From positions 1,656 to 65,655 of the IMG/VR virus record IMGVR_UViG_3300028025_004842: a stretch of DNA of 64,000 bases; one strand, written 5' to 3'. The position numbers and the translations under genes were made by a program. Shown in pieces: positions 37,052-47,586 of the stretch (positions are counted from its first letter, which is position 1; every line of letters begins with the position of its first letter). This DNA is from a virus (lineage: Duplodnaviria; Caudoviricetes). The notes beneath the pieces are model-generated. The model was not told the DNA's origin and searched no databases. It saw nothing but the letters and a program-made list of their open reading frames with translations.

Positions 37052-40000
37052 TTATGGATTTTCTACGTTTCGTTGTCCTGTTCTTGTCACTACTGTCGTA
37101 TCATTTATCTTTTGCTTTTCATTAGCAGCGAAGAATGTACGTATCTTCAGCCATAGCCCTGTCATTGGCGCTGTTGGTTGGTCGTTACGCCCTTGTGAAT
37201 CGAGATTGTTTTTGATAGGGCTGAACGCTTGATTCTCACGCATAGTGAAATCTTCTCTATCTAAATACGTCTTTCTGTTGTCGATTCCATTTTCAGAAAT
37301 GAACTGCGTTTCAAACTCCACACGTTTAGGCTTCAATAGTGCTGTCTGTGCGTGTGCAATAAACTTCTTTACAGTTCTTGACATGTAGTTAATGATGTAC
37401 TCTGTAAAGCCTTCGTTTGCCTGTCCGTAGAATGTTATCTCATTAGCATCCTTATCACGATGACGATAGATGGGCAATGATGATATTTCAGGGAAGTCTA
37501 TTGGAGATTGGCTAAAGTATCTATTATTCTGCGTATGGTAAATTTTTGGATAGAACGTATAGCGATGAGTGAATGAATTCTTCTGCTCATTGAATACGAT
37601 TGTGTATGTATTGTAATAATCTAAGTTCTCCAATGATATAGCTTCCCAATACGCTTCACCCCCTGTTGTTCCAGGCTGTGTTGATGCTGTTGCTGTATGG
37701 CTTACCAAACAGAGATACAATTGAACTACTCCTTTAGTTTTTATTTGAATCTTTACTCCATACGTTTGATCTTCGTAGCTTGTAACTACTTTGTTCTTAG
37801 TATAGATCGTTCCATCCACCCACTCAGGACTATCCTTCCACGCTCTCTGCGTAATGATGAAATTCTTTCCAACGTTATCCCATACTGTTGTTATGCCTTG
37901 ATTGTCGGCAGGAGAATCTTTCCCTATCACAAAGCGCATACGCTCACGGAAGAACGTACTCATCATCTCTCTCTCCGATATGTTCACTGTTCCATCCGCA
38001 CCAAAGCGTACCACGCAGCCAAACTCATCATTCACCCATATTATGCATTCTTTTCCTGATGATGTGTATCCTTTGCACACCGACCATTTCTGATTCGTGC
38101 CAAGCATAGTAAGGCGTAACCCCTTACGAGATAATACTGATCCATCACCAATAAGTAAAGCTCCATCTTCTGCTGATTCTAATCGTCCTGTTGCATTAAA
38201 GAACTCACGAGTGAATCCTCTTTGTTGTAATGTAAATAACTCCCCATTTACAACCTCTAAGTGATTGATAGGCCCAAAGTTGTTTGGGTTATCCTGAAAG
38301 TCAAATGGAAGAAACTCCCTGTACTTATCAGTGTTGGCATTGTTAGGATTGAGCTGTGAGTAGTATTTACGTGTTATGTAGTTTCCTAAGTCATTTCCTT
38401 CGGGATCAAACACTGTTGATGCTTGAACTTGATTGAAAATGCTATATCCTGTGTTTTTGTAGTAGTAATCTCCATCAGTTGTTCCAATAGCAGGTATCAT
38501 CCAATCTGTCGGATTGTCTGGATATACAGGATATGTGCGGAATGGAGCATTAGCATCCCATTGCCTAAGATTGGTATTTACAATATTCGTTGATATGATA
38601 TTGAATGCGTATGATGACGTGTCTATTGAAATCCTTTTTCCTTGTCTAAATTGTACTTGTTGGTTGAATACATCTCCGCCAAATACCAATACTGAGGGCT
38701 GTCCATTATATGCAGTAGCTCCTGTGAATACTACAGTGTTTCCAAAGGCTTCTCTTCCTCCGTATTTATCTTTTTTTGCTCTGAATATTAAAGATTGAGA
38801 TTTACCTGTCCTTCCATTTACCGTCTGCTGTGTATTTTGTATATTAGTATCTAATTGAATAACAGGAGACCCTCTAAATAAAGTTCCATAATAATTTAAT
38901 ACGACTTGTTGTTTATAAAATATTTTTGGCTGAACTAGATTAGCAACCATAAAGCCATTGGATTCTCCTTCTCCTATATATTTACAATCTACAATATTTA
39001 CAATTTTTGCGATTGTAACTGGAAATGAACTAGGGCCGTATTGTTGCCAATATGAAAGCGTATCAGGTTGTGTAGAAGTTTCAGAAATTGTATCGCCACT
39101 GTAATATGGCAAATAACCAAAGTTTATTAATTGGTCACCTGGCAGAGATTGATTGTATTCCGTATATCCAAATAATATATCAGGACTATAGAATGAACCA
39201 ATATAATCTGTTATATCATTAAGAACTCCTGTGCTATCGTATAAAACATTGTCATCGGTAAATGTTTGCGAATTAGGATCATTCACATTCCCTAATCTTT
39301 CACCTCTTCTAGGTTCTATAAACACCCCTGCTGCAATTACTTCTGGAACTCTTTCAGCTCTCGATACTTTAACTGACTTGAATATATCTTTTACTTTAAC
39401 TCCATCAATCCGATATTCCCAATCAATATTATTTAGTTCAATATGCGTTTGATATAAATATCTTTCAGTTGGTGTAGACCCTAATGGGTCCCAATCACCA
39501 GGAGAATATGTAAAATATTCATCTCCTACTATCTCTCTTCTATCCCCTCCATTTATATCATTAAATTCTGCTTGACCATATAATGCATAATCTGCTTGAG
39601 TAAGGAATCTCATATCAAAACAGAATACGCTATCTGTTATCTTTCCGCTATATGTTTCAGCAGATATATAGAAACGATACCATTCGTAAGGTTGATACCC
39701 AACGTATTTTGAAGTATTTTCGGGATTATAGAATTCCTCCCACATCTCTGTTCTATATGCAGCAATTACGCCCTTGTTCTTTATAGAATACTTCATTGTA
39801 AGCGCCCAATCACGAATATCTATTTCTGTGCTTGTAGTTACATTTCCATATACCAACCTATTCTCACAAAATCTATTGCTTTTAGCTCTTATAATATCAG
39901 GACGTACAGCTATTGCTGTTGTTGTATCAAAGAATGTTATATCTGGCTCATTGCCATTATGCTCCAATATTATTTCTGATTGATCTGATGCTAGTATTTC

Positions 40001-41503
40001 CTTACGGATATTAAATCCGTTTACGACAACTGTGCTTACTCCACTACTAGCATAATTAAACCCAATAAGTTCAATATACTTAAATATGCCAGGTGTTATA
40101 CCTGTTACAAGTACACGATTAATCTTTGTCGTAGTATTTATTCCTACATAATTTCCATAGATTGGATGATATGTTGTAGTATATCCTATGTATGTTGGAG
40201 CGTATGTAGGAATAGGGTTAGATAAGAAACTTAATTCAGTTGCGGCATTGGTATCAGTTAAAAACCTAACAGCATATCTCCAATTCGCAGGTGGCACAGA
40301 ACCTCCTGATTGAGCTTGTTCATAATATTCCACTACAGCAGCAGAATAGTTGATTACGTTCTTTGTCTCATCAGTAAGCGTTTCATATGTGTAGAATCCT
40401 TCGGGGTTAAGAGGCAGCAATGCCCCATCCTCTATAAATGCTCCTCTGTAAGAGAATGTACGTGGATAATTGTAGTTATCTGTGAACTTTAATAGATAGC
40501 CATTGTTATTCAATACAGCATCCGCATCTATCTGATACATCGTTCTGAAATTGAATCTCTTTGATGCTAATATCCTTGTGTACGTATAACTATCTGTTTC
40601 TCCTACGTATTGCTGGACACCTATCTGACCTACACCATATGTATTCTTGAATATTATTCCGCCGTATTTAACATTTGTTAAAACTATGCCTGTTGTTATT
40701 GATAGGAATAATGCGAAGTTATTTTGGTCAATGTAATTGACTACCCACTCTCCATTAGCTATCGCTCCAGCTCCTACAGCATTTGCAATAACAATGCTTT
40801 CTCCTGACACCAATCCGTGGTTAGGGAAATATATTCCTATTTGTCCTCCATAAGCATTATGTAAATACATTGACATTGATGCATCATATATACTACTCTG
40901 GTCGTTGTCCTGTGTTGTTGAGAATAACCACGTTGTTCCAAGCAAATCCTTTGAACCTATCTCAATAAATCCACCCTGCCCTGTAATTGAAATAGCTTCC
41001 TTAATATCATCGTTGCGTAATACATTTCCATTGTTGTCTGTCAAGACCAATGTATAATCAGAATACGCACAATTTATTGTAATATCAATATATGGCTCTG
41101 TATTGAATTGGTTATCATAAATTACACCATACCAAAATAGCTGCGAAAATGCTTCCATTATAGCATCCTTCATCCCTTGTAATGACTGCGATGGCGCTGA
41201 CCCTCCAAGTGTTTGAATCAATTGTTCATTCTTATTAATGAATTGAATTTCTATTGTTTCAAAGTTCCCATCAATATATATCCTCGTCTGTTGTTGCTGT
41301 ACTTGCTGTATGCCAATATCGCATACCAATTTATTACCCAATGCAGGAGTATCGGAGAATAATTCTCCATCAGCATTAAATTCCACATTCACCCTATCAG
41401 GATAGTTACCCTCCTTTAACTCTAGGATATCTGTATCACTATTTAACTTTCCGTTTCTTGCTCTATTAACAAGTACAGGTACTGGTTGCACTGGTGTTGC
41501 CAT
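37052..41503 (-). CDS. Tail stabilization/muzzle (nozzle) protein, crAss-like
   Basis: GKLNSD...Y.D..N start, RLVYGN, FG.I..L and FNE..N.F...Y.F.P motifs; 1483 aa. Confidence 0.75.
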   Translation of the reverse strand: MATPVQPVPVLVNRARNGKLNSDTDILELKEGNYPDRVNVEFNADGELFSDTPALGNKLVCDIGIQQVQQQQTRIYIDGNFETIEIQFINKNEQLIQTLGGSAPSQSLQGMKDAIMEAFSQLFWYGVIYDNQFNTEPYIDITINCAYSDYTLVLTDNNGNVLRNDDIKEAISITGQGGFIEIGSKDLLGTTWLFSTTQDNDQSSIYDASMSMYLHNAYGGQIGIYFPNHGLVSGESIVIANAVGAGAIANGEWVVNYIDQNNFALFLSITTGIVLTNVKYGGIIFKNTYGVGQIGVQQYVGETDSYTYTRILASKRFNFRTMYQIDADAVLNNNGYLLKFTDNYNYPRTFSYRGAFIEDGALLPLNPEGFYTYETLTDETKNVINYSAAVVEYYEQAQSGGSVPPANWRYAVRFLTDTNAATELSFLSNPIPTYAPTYIGYTTTYHPIYGNYVGINTTTKINRVLVTGITPGIFKYIELIGFNYASSGVSTVVVNGFNIRKEILASDQSEIILEHNGNEPDITFFDTTTAIAVRPDIIRAKSNRFCENRLVYGNVTTSTEIDIRDWALTMKYSIKNKGVIAAYRTEMWEEFYNPENTSKYVGYQPYEWYRFYISAETYSGKITDSVFCFDMRFLTQADYALYGQAEFNDINGGDRREIVGDEYFTYSPGDWDPLGSTPTERYLYQTHIELNNIDWEYRIDGVKVKDIFKSVKVSRAERVPEVIAAGVFIEPRRGERLGNVNDPNSQTFTDDNVLYDSTGVLNDITDYIGSFYSPDILFGYTEYNQSLPGDQLINFGYLPYYSGDTISETSTQPDTLSYWQQYGPSSFPVTIAKIVNIVDCKYIGEGESNGFMVANLVQPKIFYKQQVVLNYYGTLFRGSPVIQLDTNIQNTQQTVNGRTGKSQSLIFRAKKDKYGGREAFGNTVVFTGATAYNGQPSVLVFGGDVFNQQVQFRQGKRISIDTSSYAFNIISTNIVNTNLRQWDANAPFRTYPVYPDNPTDWMIPAIGTTDGDYYYKNTGYSIFNQVQASTVFDPEGNDLGNYITRKYYSQLNPNNANTDKYREFLPFDFQDNPNNFGPINHLEVVNGELFTLQQRGFTREFFNATGRLESAEDGALLIGDGSVLSRKGLRLTMLGTNQKWSVCKGYTSSGKECIIWVNDEFGCVVRFGADGTVNISEREMMSTFFRERMRFVIGKDSPADNQGITTVWDNVGKNFIITQRAWKDSPEWVDGTIYTKNKVVTSYEDQTYGVKIQIKTKGVVQLYLCLVSHTATASTQPGTTGGEAYWEAISLENLDYYNTYTIVFNEQKNSFTHRYTFYPKIYHTQNNRYFSQSPIDFPEISSLPIYRHRDKDANEITFYGQANEGFTEYIINYMSRTVKKFIAHAQTALLKPKRVEFETQFISENGIDNRKTYLDREDFTMRENQAFSPIKNNLDSQGRNDQPTAPMTGLWLKIRTFFAANEKQKINDTTVVTRTGQRNVENP

Positions 41504-41506
41504 ACG

Positions 41507-42181
41507 TTATAATGAAAGAACTCGTGGATGAGATAAGTTAACTGCTTTTTGGAAATTGTTTTGGAACGATTGGAAAGCATCATAACTCACCACTCTGTCG
41601 TGCTGCGCCTTCCATTCTCTTTTCCATAATGCTCCTTGTTCCGGAACGTATTGCTTTGGATAGCGTAGGTAGAAGTTCCAACATATAAACCACATTACGG
41701 CTTCCACCATGTAGTCATATATCATAATGAATCCATCCTCATCCACCTTCTTCGCTTGATACGCCACCTTTACATTTGTAGGTGCATCGTTAGGATACTG
41801 CCATATAATTGCATTGTTGTTTATCATTACGTTGCCGGAGAAGTGTCTGTTATCAGCTCCTGTTACAGCGAGATTACATTGATCCAAGAAAGCGAAATCT
41901 GCAACATAAGCACCATACGCTTTCCCATAATAATCACAATAACGCATCGCAATCACCTTAATGCAATTATCAGGAAGCATTGCTTGCCCTTGGTCAATTG
42001 GAATAGTGATGTTCTCAACGTATAGTTGTCCCAAGCTATTCAAACGCACTAAAGCACGCTGTGCTAACGTATTTATGTAAATGTCGAATGATGTACCATC
42101 GCCTATGTTTAACATCTGCTTGGCTTCTGTAATAGCGTCCTCGATGGGAACAAACTTATAATTACCTGCTGCTGCTGACAT
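41507..42181 (-). CDS. Tail ring/tubular protein
   Basis: LP....KV, Y....VDEDGF and EAV.WFI motifs; position before the muzzle gene. Confidence 0.65.
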   Translation of the reverse strand: MSAAAGNYKFVPIEDAITEAKQMLNIGDGTSFDIYINTLAQRALVRLNSLGQLYVENITIPIDQGQAMLPDNCIKVIAMRYCDYYGKAYGAYVADFAFLDQCNLAVTGADNRHFSGNVMINNNAIIWQYPNDAPTNVKVAYQAKKVDEDGFIMIYDYMVEAVMWFICWNFYLRYPKQYVPEQGALWKREWKAQHDRVVSYDAFQSFQNNFQKAVNLSHPRVLSL

Positions 42182-42818
42182 TTTCTATATCGGATTTACT
42201 GTTTGAAACATGGTCTATTCTTGACATATATCTACGTCCTTCATCACTTTCTAATACTTTCTTGATATCAGAAAACATATCATCAGGCATAGGGTAATCA
42301 TCTAAGTCGATGTTGAAAGCTGGAGCGTCCTGTGGTCTTGATATTATCGCTCTCATCGTTAGCCCTGTTGCTTTCACTTGTGGACGAAGGAAGCCTGTCA
42401 TAGTATTGTTATTAAGCAAATACCATCCATCGCTTCTTACGTGCTTCATCTTCGAATGATTACGGAACTGACGTAGCTCTTGCTCACTCTGTACTTCACT
42501 TAATCCAATAGCGCATTCGCATATAGGAAACACACCATCAATACCATTCACCTTTGGTTGTGGGAATGTCATTATCGTTGGTATAGAAGCATTGAATGAC
42601 GTACACCCCTCATCTGTCCAATTGATTTCTAAATCAAAGTCCTGATAGCATACATTAGGCAAGTTCTTGAATGCCATGTAGTAATTGAATAGCACCTTTT
42701 GGCGTGCTATATTCAGTAGGTTGAGTAAGCGTAGCTGCGTGTTTGCAGCACTCTCATCGGTGTATATACCACCTAGCTTCCAACTACCTATCGTATCTAT
42801 TGCTTGTAGTGTATTCAT
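42162..42818 (-). CDS. Tail ring protein
   Basis: C-terminal D.DDYPMPDDM motif of crAss-like ring proteins. Confidence 0.6.
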   Translation of the reverse strand: MNTLQAIDTIGSWKLGGIYTDESAANTQLRLLNLLNIARQKVLFNYYMAFKNLPNVCYQDFDLEINWTDEGCTSFNASIPTIMTFPQPKVNGIDGVFPICECAIGLSEVQSEQELRQFRNHSKMKHVRSDGWYLLNNNTMTGFLRPQVKATGLTMRAIISRPQDAPAFNIDLDDYPMPDDMFSDIKKVLESDEGRRYMSRIDHVSNSKSDIENVSSSR

Positions 42819-42820
42819 CT

Positions 42821-43930
42821 CTATTGGTTTGTTACCACTTGTGGTGTATCCATATTCAATCCTTGTACATTCTTAGTGTCAAGGTCAAACAATCGTGCTG
42901 TAAAGTCAACAAGGTATTCAATGAACTCCTGTGAGTAGTACAATAACAAATCAGTATCGTTATTCAATGGATCAATCTCGAATGGTGGAAGCTTGATGTA
43001 ATCCATCTCCACATATTGTAGATTGCTCTTTGGTTCTATGATAATAGCATTGTCCGCCATTTGATAACGAGGGAAACGCTTTGTAGGAGAATCGACCTTC
43101 TGTACGTATTGGTCAGGCTTTAACTGAAAGCACGAATTCATCTTTGTTGATGTAATCACGCCTCCCGATACATAAGCACTCGTTGCAACAACAGGAGATA
43201 ATAACTCCTCGTCATTGTACAATCTGTATCTACGTGTACCTATCTGCTTAACGTAACGCTCTCCATTCATCCCACCTGCTCCAATAGCACCCGATATTGT
43301 AATCTTATTACCATCACGTAGCTGCGAGCGCTTCTGTAGCGTTATCTCTATCTTGGATGGTGTTGCGTTAACGCTATCAATCTCATCCTCATTCTCGAAT
43401 ATATACGCAGCACGTACGCTGAATAAGTGCATATAATCCTGCACCATATCCGTTGTAACAACGTTTCCTGAACGAAATGAACCAATATTTCCGGCTACTC
43501 CTGTTAATATCGAAAACGTGAAATCCGTAACTGTTGCTACTGCTCCGCTTATAGATAATGTCCCTGTGCTTCCTGTTACACTTACACTTGCTGTGTCGCC
43601 GTTTTGCAGCATATGTGGGAACGCTGTTGTTATAGTAGAGAAACTTGCTGATGGAAATAGTGGGCTAAAGACGTACGAATACGCTGTTACTGCTATCGGT
43701 TGCAATAGAATGCGTCCCGTTGTAGCAGGCACTTCTCTTGCGTACACCAATAGAGAACGTATCTCGTCATATCGCTTCTGCGTATCAAGCACATTATACT
43801 TGCTTGTAATAGACAACTGCAAAGCACGTCTAAAGAACGCCTTCTGTGTTGTCGGGTCGTAGTAGTCGCTATAAACTTTGTCTATCCTGCGCTCTACCTC
43901 TTTGTTGAAATCTACACCTGTAAATGCCAT
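42821..43930 (-). CDS. Head-tail adaptor/ring protein with inserted beta domains
   Basis: DEIRSLL and YIKLP motifs; position after the capsid genes. Confidence 0.6.
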   Translation of the reverse strand: MAFTGVDFNKEVERRIDKVYSDYYDPTTQKAFFRRALQLSITSKYNVLDTQKRYDEIRSLLVYAREVPATTGRILLQPIAVTAYSYVFSPLFPSASFSTITTAFPHMLQNGDTASVSVTGSTGTLSISGAVATVTDFTFSILTGVAGNIGSFRSGNVVTTDMVQDYMHLFSVRAAYIFENEDEIDSVNATPSKIEITLQKRSQLRDGNKITISGAIGAGGMNGERYVKQIGTRRYRLYNDEELLSPVVATSAYVSGGVITSTKMNSCFQLKPDQYVQKVDSPTKRFPRYQMADNAIIIEPKSNLQYVEMDYIKLPPFEIDPLNNDTDLLLYYSQEFIEYLVDFTARLFDLDTKNVQGLNMDTPQVVTNQ

Positions 43931-43959
43931 AAAGCAAAGATAAGCATTCTGATTATCAT

Positions 43960-43998
43960 AAAAACAAAAAGGGGCATAGATTACTCTACACCCCTTTG
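43960..43998 (-). terminator. Terminator after the capsid genes
   Basis: AAAGGGG...CCCCTTT stem preceded on + by an A-tract. Confidence 0.65.
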
Positions 43999-44015
43999 TT
44001 CAGTTATTTGGTAGA

Positions 44016-44933
44016 TTATACTAATCCGTCATTGATTGCTCCGAAGAACGCTGCTAAGTTAGCAACGCTATTGTCGTCAGCATTCACCATTACAACCTCT
44101 GGAATAACTACTCCTGATTCAACAGCAGCCTCAGACACCTGAGATACTTGAATACCAATGTATTCTTTTGCTGCGTTGTATCCTGTAATACGTCCTGCCT
44201 CAGCATAATATGCGTTAAAAGCATTAGTATTTACATTGAATGTAGCGCCTACAACAGTTACAGCACCAGTTGCTGATGTTCCGATTACGGAAATCAATCC
44301 TGATGTAGTAGGGATACAAGGGTATGTACGACCATTCAATTCAGCAGAACCTGCACCTGCAAGACCTGCGAATGTAATGTTATACAATTTATCAACTGTC
44401 AATCCGTGTGCAGCAGCAGTCAACACACGAGGCGTTGCATTTGATACAGCAGTTACAGTGATAGCCGTTGTTGTTTGTGTAGATGTCAATGTGCTAGAAG
44501 CAAATGCAATTACAGGAGCGTCAACTGTTCCTGTGAATACAACTCCTGAACCACTTGATGACAATGTTCCAAATACAGCTCCTCCATCAATACCAACTTG
44601 AATCACAGCAGCTACTGCTGCGTAGAATGTTGCTGCCGCAGGTGCAGATGCTCCTGTTGTGTAGCTGAATGGGAAGTTGATTGTTTCGCCAGAAAGAACT
44701 TGTTGAATCACACCACTATATGTCGTAGTTGCTGCGATAGCTGCTGTCGACGTAATAGTGTAGATTCCTGGTACTCCTGCTGATGTACCAAAGTACTGAG
44801 GAACGCCTTGTACTTTGTATTTGTTGATTGGTTCAGCTCCTGTAATAAACACAGTACCACCTACTGTGCTTACGTCTGCTGCTCCTGTTATCGTGTCGAG
44901 TACGAATACTCTTTCATTTAAGTTTAGTGCCAT
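44016..44933 (-). CDS. Auxiliary capsid/decoration protein
   Basis: A/T/G/V-rich, directly after the MCP gene and before a terminator. Confidence 0.55.
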   Translation of the reverse strand: MALNLNERVFVLDTITGAADVSTVGGTVFITGAEPINKYKVQGVPQYFGTSAGVPGIYTITSTAAIAATTTYSGVIQQVLSGETINFPFSYTTGASAPAAATFYAAVAAVIQVGIDGGAVFGTLSSSGSGVVFTGTVDAPVIAFASSTLTSTQTTTAITVTAVSNATPRVLTAAAHGLTVDKLYNITFAGLAGAGSAELNGRTYPCIPTTSGLISVIGTSATGAVTVVGATFNVNTNAFNAYYAEAGRITGYNAAKEYIGIQVSQVSEAAVESGVVIPEVVMVNADDNSVANLAAFFGAINDGLV

Positions 44934-44955
44934 TTCGTATATTATTTTTTATAGG

Positions 44956-46356
44956 TTAAACTTTGTTTTCAAGATAAACGTGAGCAGTAGGATTCATCAC
45001 ATTGATACCACCGATAGAGTAGATACGGAAACTGTTGAAGTCATTATCTGTACTTGTAAGTTCCATGTTTTCTACTGTCAATGCAGTACCATTAGAGATT
45101 GCGCTTCCTAATGATTCCATTGCAGTTAAACCACGTTGGAAAGAATAGAAATATTTAGAATTACCCATGTAAATCTTTTGGAATGCTGGGGCCATCATTC
45201 CTGATGTCTGCATCTGTACAGGAGAGAAATCTAGCATGTAGAAGTTACCCGATGTTTGTGGTAAGCCTTCGAATCCTGCTAAAGATGTCAATGTACCCAT
45301 TCCTTGCATGTCAAGCATTTTGTCGCGAACAACGTTTACATACTCGAAACCTGGAATCCAAATACGTGTAGCGTTCAAACCGTTGATAGAACCATCAGTG
45401 AAGTTAACAGCAATTGTTGCATCAAACTTCATGTAGTCTTTGTACCAGTTTGAAATCAACTTCATACCGATTGAACCCGTACGGATGATGCGGTTTGCGT
45501 TGTCGTTTCCTGGATTGCTCAAGAACCAATTACGTACGTAGTTTTCAAACTCAGACTGCGTGATAGCTGAATTCAATGCTGCGTAAGTACCACGATCTTG
45601 AATTTGTTGGTGGATACCTTTAGTAGCCGTTTGGTTCATTCCTGTTGATTCAGGGTTAACACCCTTAGAAAGGAACTGCGTCATTGCATTGTTACGGAAG
45701 AAACGTTGTAACGCTTCTTTAACAGGTGCAATAGTGATGTATCCTTCTGCATCAGAGATTACAGTGTTCTGTAATGATGCGAACAAGTTTTGTTGTCCAC
45801 CATCATCAACGATTGAACAGTAGTTCTCCCAAGTTTGCGGAACGATGTAAACACCAGCAGGGCCTTTAGTACCATTAGTGTCAACTGAACGTACGTATTG
45901 GATAACCAATTTACCAGCAGGGAAATCTCCTGCAACTGGTGCAGTGTGTCCTGGTGCTTGTGCTACTTTGATGTATCCTAATCCTGTTTCAACAACGCGA
46001 GAAAGATTACCACCAAATTTCAATGCTACTTGGTCGTTCTCACGGAATGCCTGATAATCAGGGTTAGTAAATGTGATTAACACAGAACCGCCTGTAGAAG
46101 CTACAGCGCTAGATACTTGTGCTTTGATGGTTGGGTCACCAGTGTATGCAATTTCATCCTTGTAGGTGAAAAGCATTTTGTTACCCGTACCACGAGATTC
46201 ATAAAAATTGTTAGTTTCTTCAATGATTTTCGTCCAAGCGTAAGCGTGTTGTCCTTCTTGTACAACCCCGTCTACAACTCTGTTACGAATCAACCCTTGG
46301 AGATTTAGCTCTTTCGCTAAACTGCCTTTGGTATACACCGCATTAGTTGCTGCCAT
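44956..46356 (-). CDS. Major capsid protein
   Basis: 466 aa; order portal-scaffold-MCP; biased codon use suggesting high expression; TG..G and C-terminal GI.V.NP. Confidence 0.75.
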   Translation of the reverse strand: MAATNAVYTKGSLAKELNLQGLIRNRVVDGVVQEGQHAYAWTKIIEETNNFYESRGTGNKMLFTYKDEIAYTGDPTIKAQVSSAVASTGGSVLITFTNPDYQAFRENDQVALKFGGNLSRVVETGLGYIKVAQAPGHTAPVAGDFPAGKLVIQYVRSVDTNGTKGPAGVYIVPQTWENYCSIVDDGGQQNLFASLQNTVISDAEGYITIAPVKEALQRFFRNNAMTQFLSKGVNPESTGMNQTATKGIHQQIQDRGTYAALNSAITQSEFENYVRNWFLSNPGNDNANRIIRTGSIGMKLISNWYKDYMKFDATIAVNFTDGSINGLNATRIWIPGFEYVNVVRDKMLDMQGMGTLTSLAGFEGLPQTSGNFYMLDFSPVQMQTSGMMAPAFQKIYMGNSKYFYSFQRGLTAMESLGSAISNGTALTVENMELTSTDNDFNSFRIYSIGGINVMNPTAHVYLENKV

Positions 46357-46397
46357 TTTATTGTTTTTTTAGTTAGTTAGTTTTTGGTTACTATGTA

Positions 46398-47498
46398 CTA
46401 CAGTTTGAAGTTAGGATTCTGACGTTGCATAGCTCTCTCATACGCTGCATCTTCTTCGGTGATAGTCTTCCCAGACCTCACTTCTTTTGCGATGCCTACA
46501 TTATGAGCTTGTACCGCCTTTGCTTCTAGATTCTCTGCACGAGCCTTACCAATCGTTTTCTTTGAGATATTCAATAACTCATCACGATGGATTGCTGTGT
46601 CAACGAATCTAACAACATCCTCTACAAATAGGTCAGATACACCATTAGCATCAGGAGTTGTGTAACGTACAAAATCAGGATTAAAGATGTCGCCCGATTT
46701 CTCGATAGTGGCTTTCATCTTTTCTGCCCATTCTGTGTTTACCACACGTCCATTAAAACGCTTTCCGATAATCTTCTCTATTCCTGTATGGATGTTTTTT
46801 CTCTGACGATTAAGCCATTCCATTTGTTGGCGTTGTTGTTCGTCACGCTTCAACTTGTACTCCTGCTCAATCGTTTCAAGTTTTGCATTGGCATTGCCTG
46901 ATAACGCCTTCTTCGCTGAACTAACGAGGGATTTTCTTTTTAACGTTGATGGTTCATTCATCCATGAGTAAACTTCTTCTTCAACGGCTTGAACGAGTTC
47001 ATCGCCCTCTAGTCCTAATTCCAAAGCTTGTTTCTCAAAATGTGAACGTATTAGTGTTTCTTCATCCTGTCCGTCAACAGAACTTACCACACCCACCTTC
47101 TTAAAGAACCCTCCTACTGAATGATTATCGCCCTCCGATATTCTGTACTCATTCCAAAGCTTTACTAAAGGGTCTGCTGTAAGTGATTCAAATGAAGCAA
47201 TCTGCGCTTGTAGCGTAGCTATTGTTGAATTGGCTTCATTTAGTTGTGCTTGCAGAGATTCTAAAGCTCCACTTGGACTAGCGCTAGTTCTTTCATCCCC
47301 CATGTTGGGAGCTTGTCCAAAATCTAACTCATCATCATACGAATCATCAACATCATTTACTAATGCTGATACATTGGTTGACTTCGCTTCAACTGCTGCT
47401 TCGGGTGTTGCATCCGTAGAGTTATCTACCATTGCTTCGCCTTCGTTAGCAATTATTGCTTGTTCGTTTTCAATAGGTTCTGTCAATACTGATTCCAT
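46398..47498 (-). CDS. Scaffolding-like protein
   Basis: Acidic N-terminus and coiled coil between portal and MCP; TAAATTTG promoter at 47507-47514. Confidence 0.65.
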   Translation of the reverse strand: MESVLTEPIENEQAIIANEGEAMVDNSTDATPEAAVEAKSTNVSALVNDVDDSYDDELDFGQAPNMGDERTSASPSGALESLQAQLNEANSTIATLQAQIASFESLTADPLVKLWNEYRISEGDNHSVGGFFKKVGVVSSVDGQDEETLIRSHFEKQALELGLEGDELVQAVEEEVYSWMNEPSTLKRKSLVSSAKKALSGNANAKLETIEQEYKLKRDEQQRQQMEWLNRQRKNIHTGIEKIIGKRFNGRVVNTEWAEKMKATIEKSGDIFNPDFVRYTTPDANGVSDLFVEDVVRFVDTAIHRDELLNISKKTIGKARAENLEAKAVQAHNVGIAKEVRSGKTITEEDAAYERAMQRQNPNFKL

Positions 47499-47586
47499 AT
47501 TAATTGCAAATTTATGTTTGTTTTACGTGTTATTAAACTATTAATTCAGTCTATGTTACTTATGTCGTTGATACTCAGTTAAATAA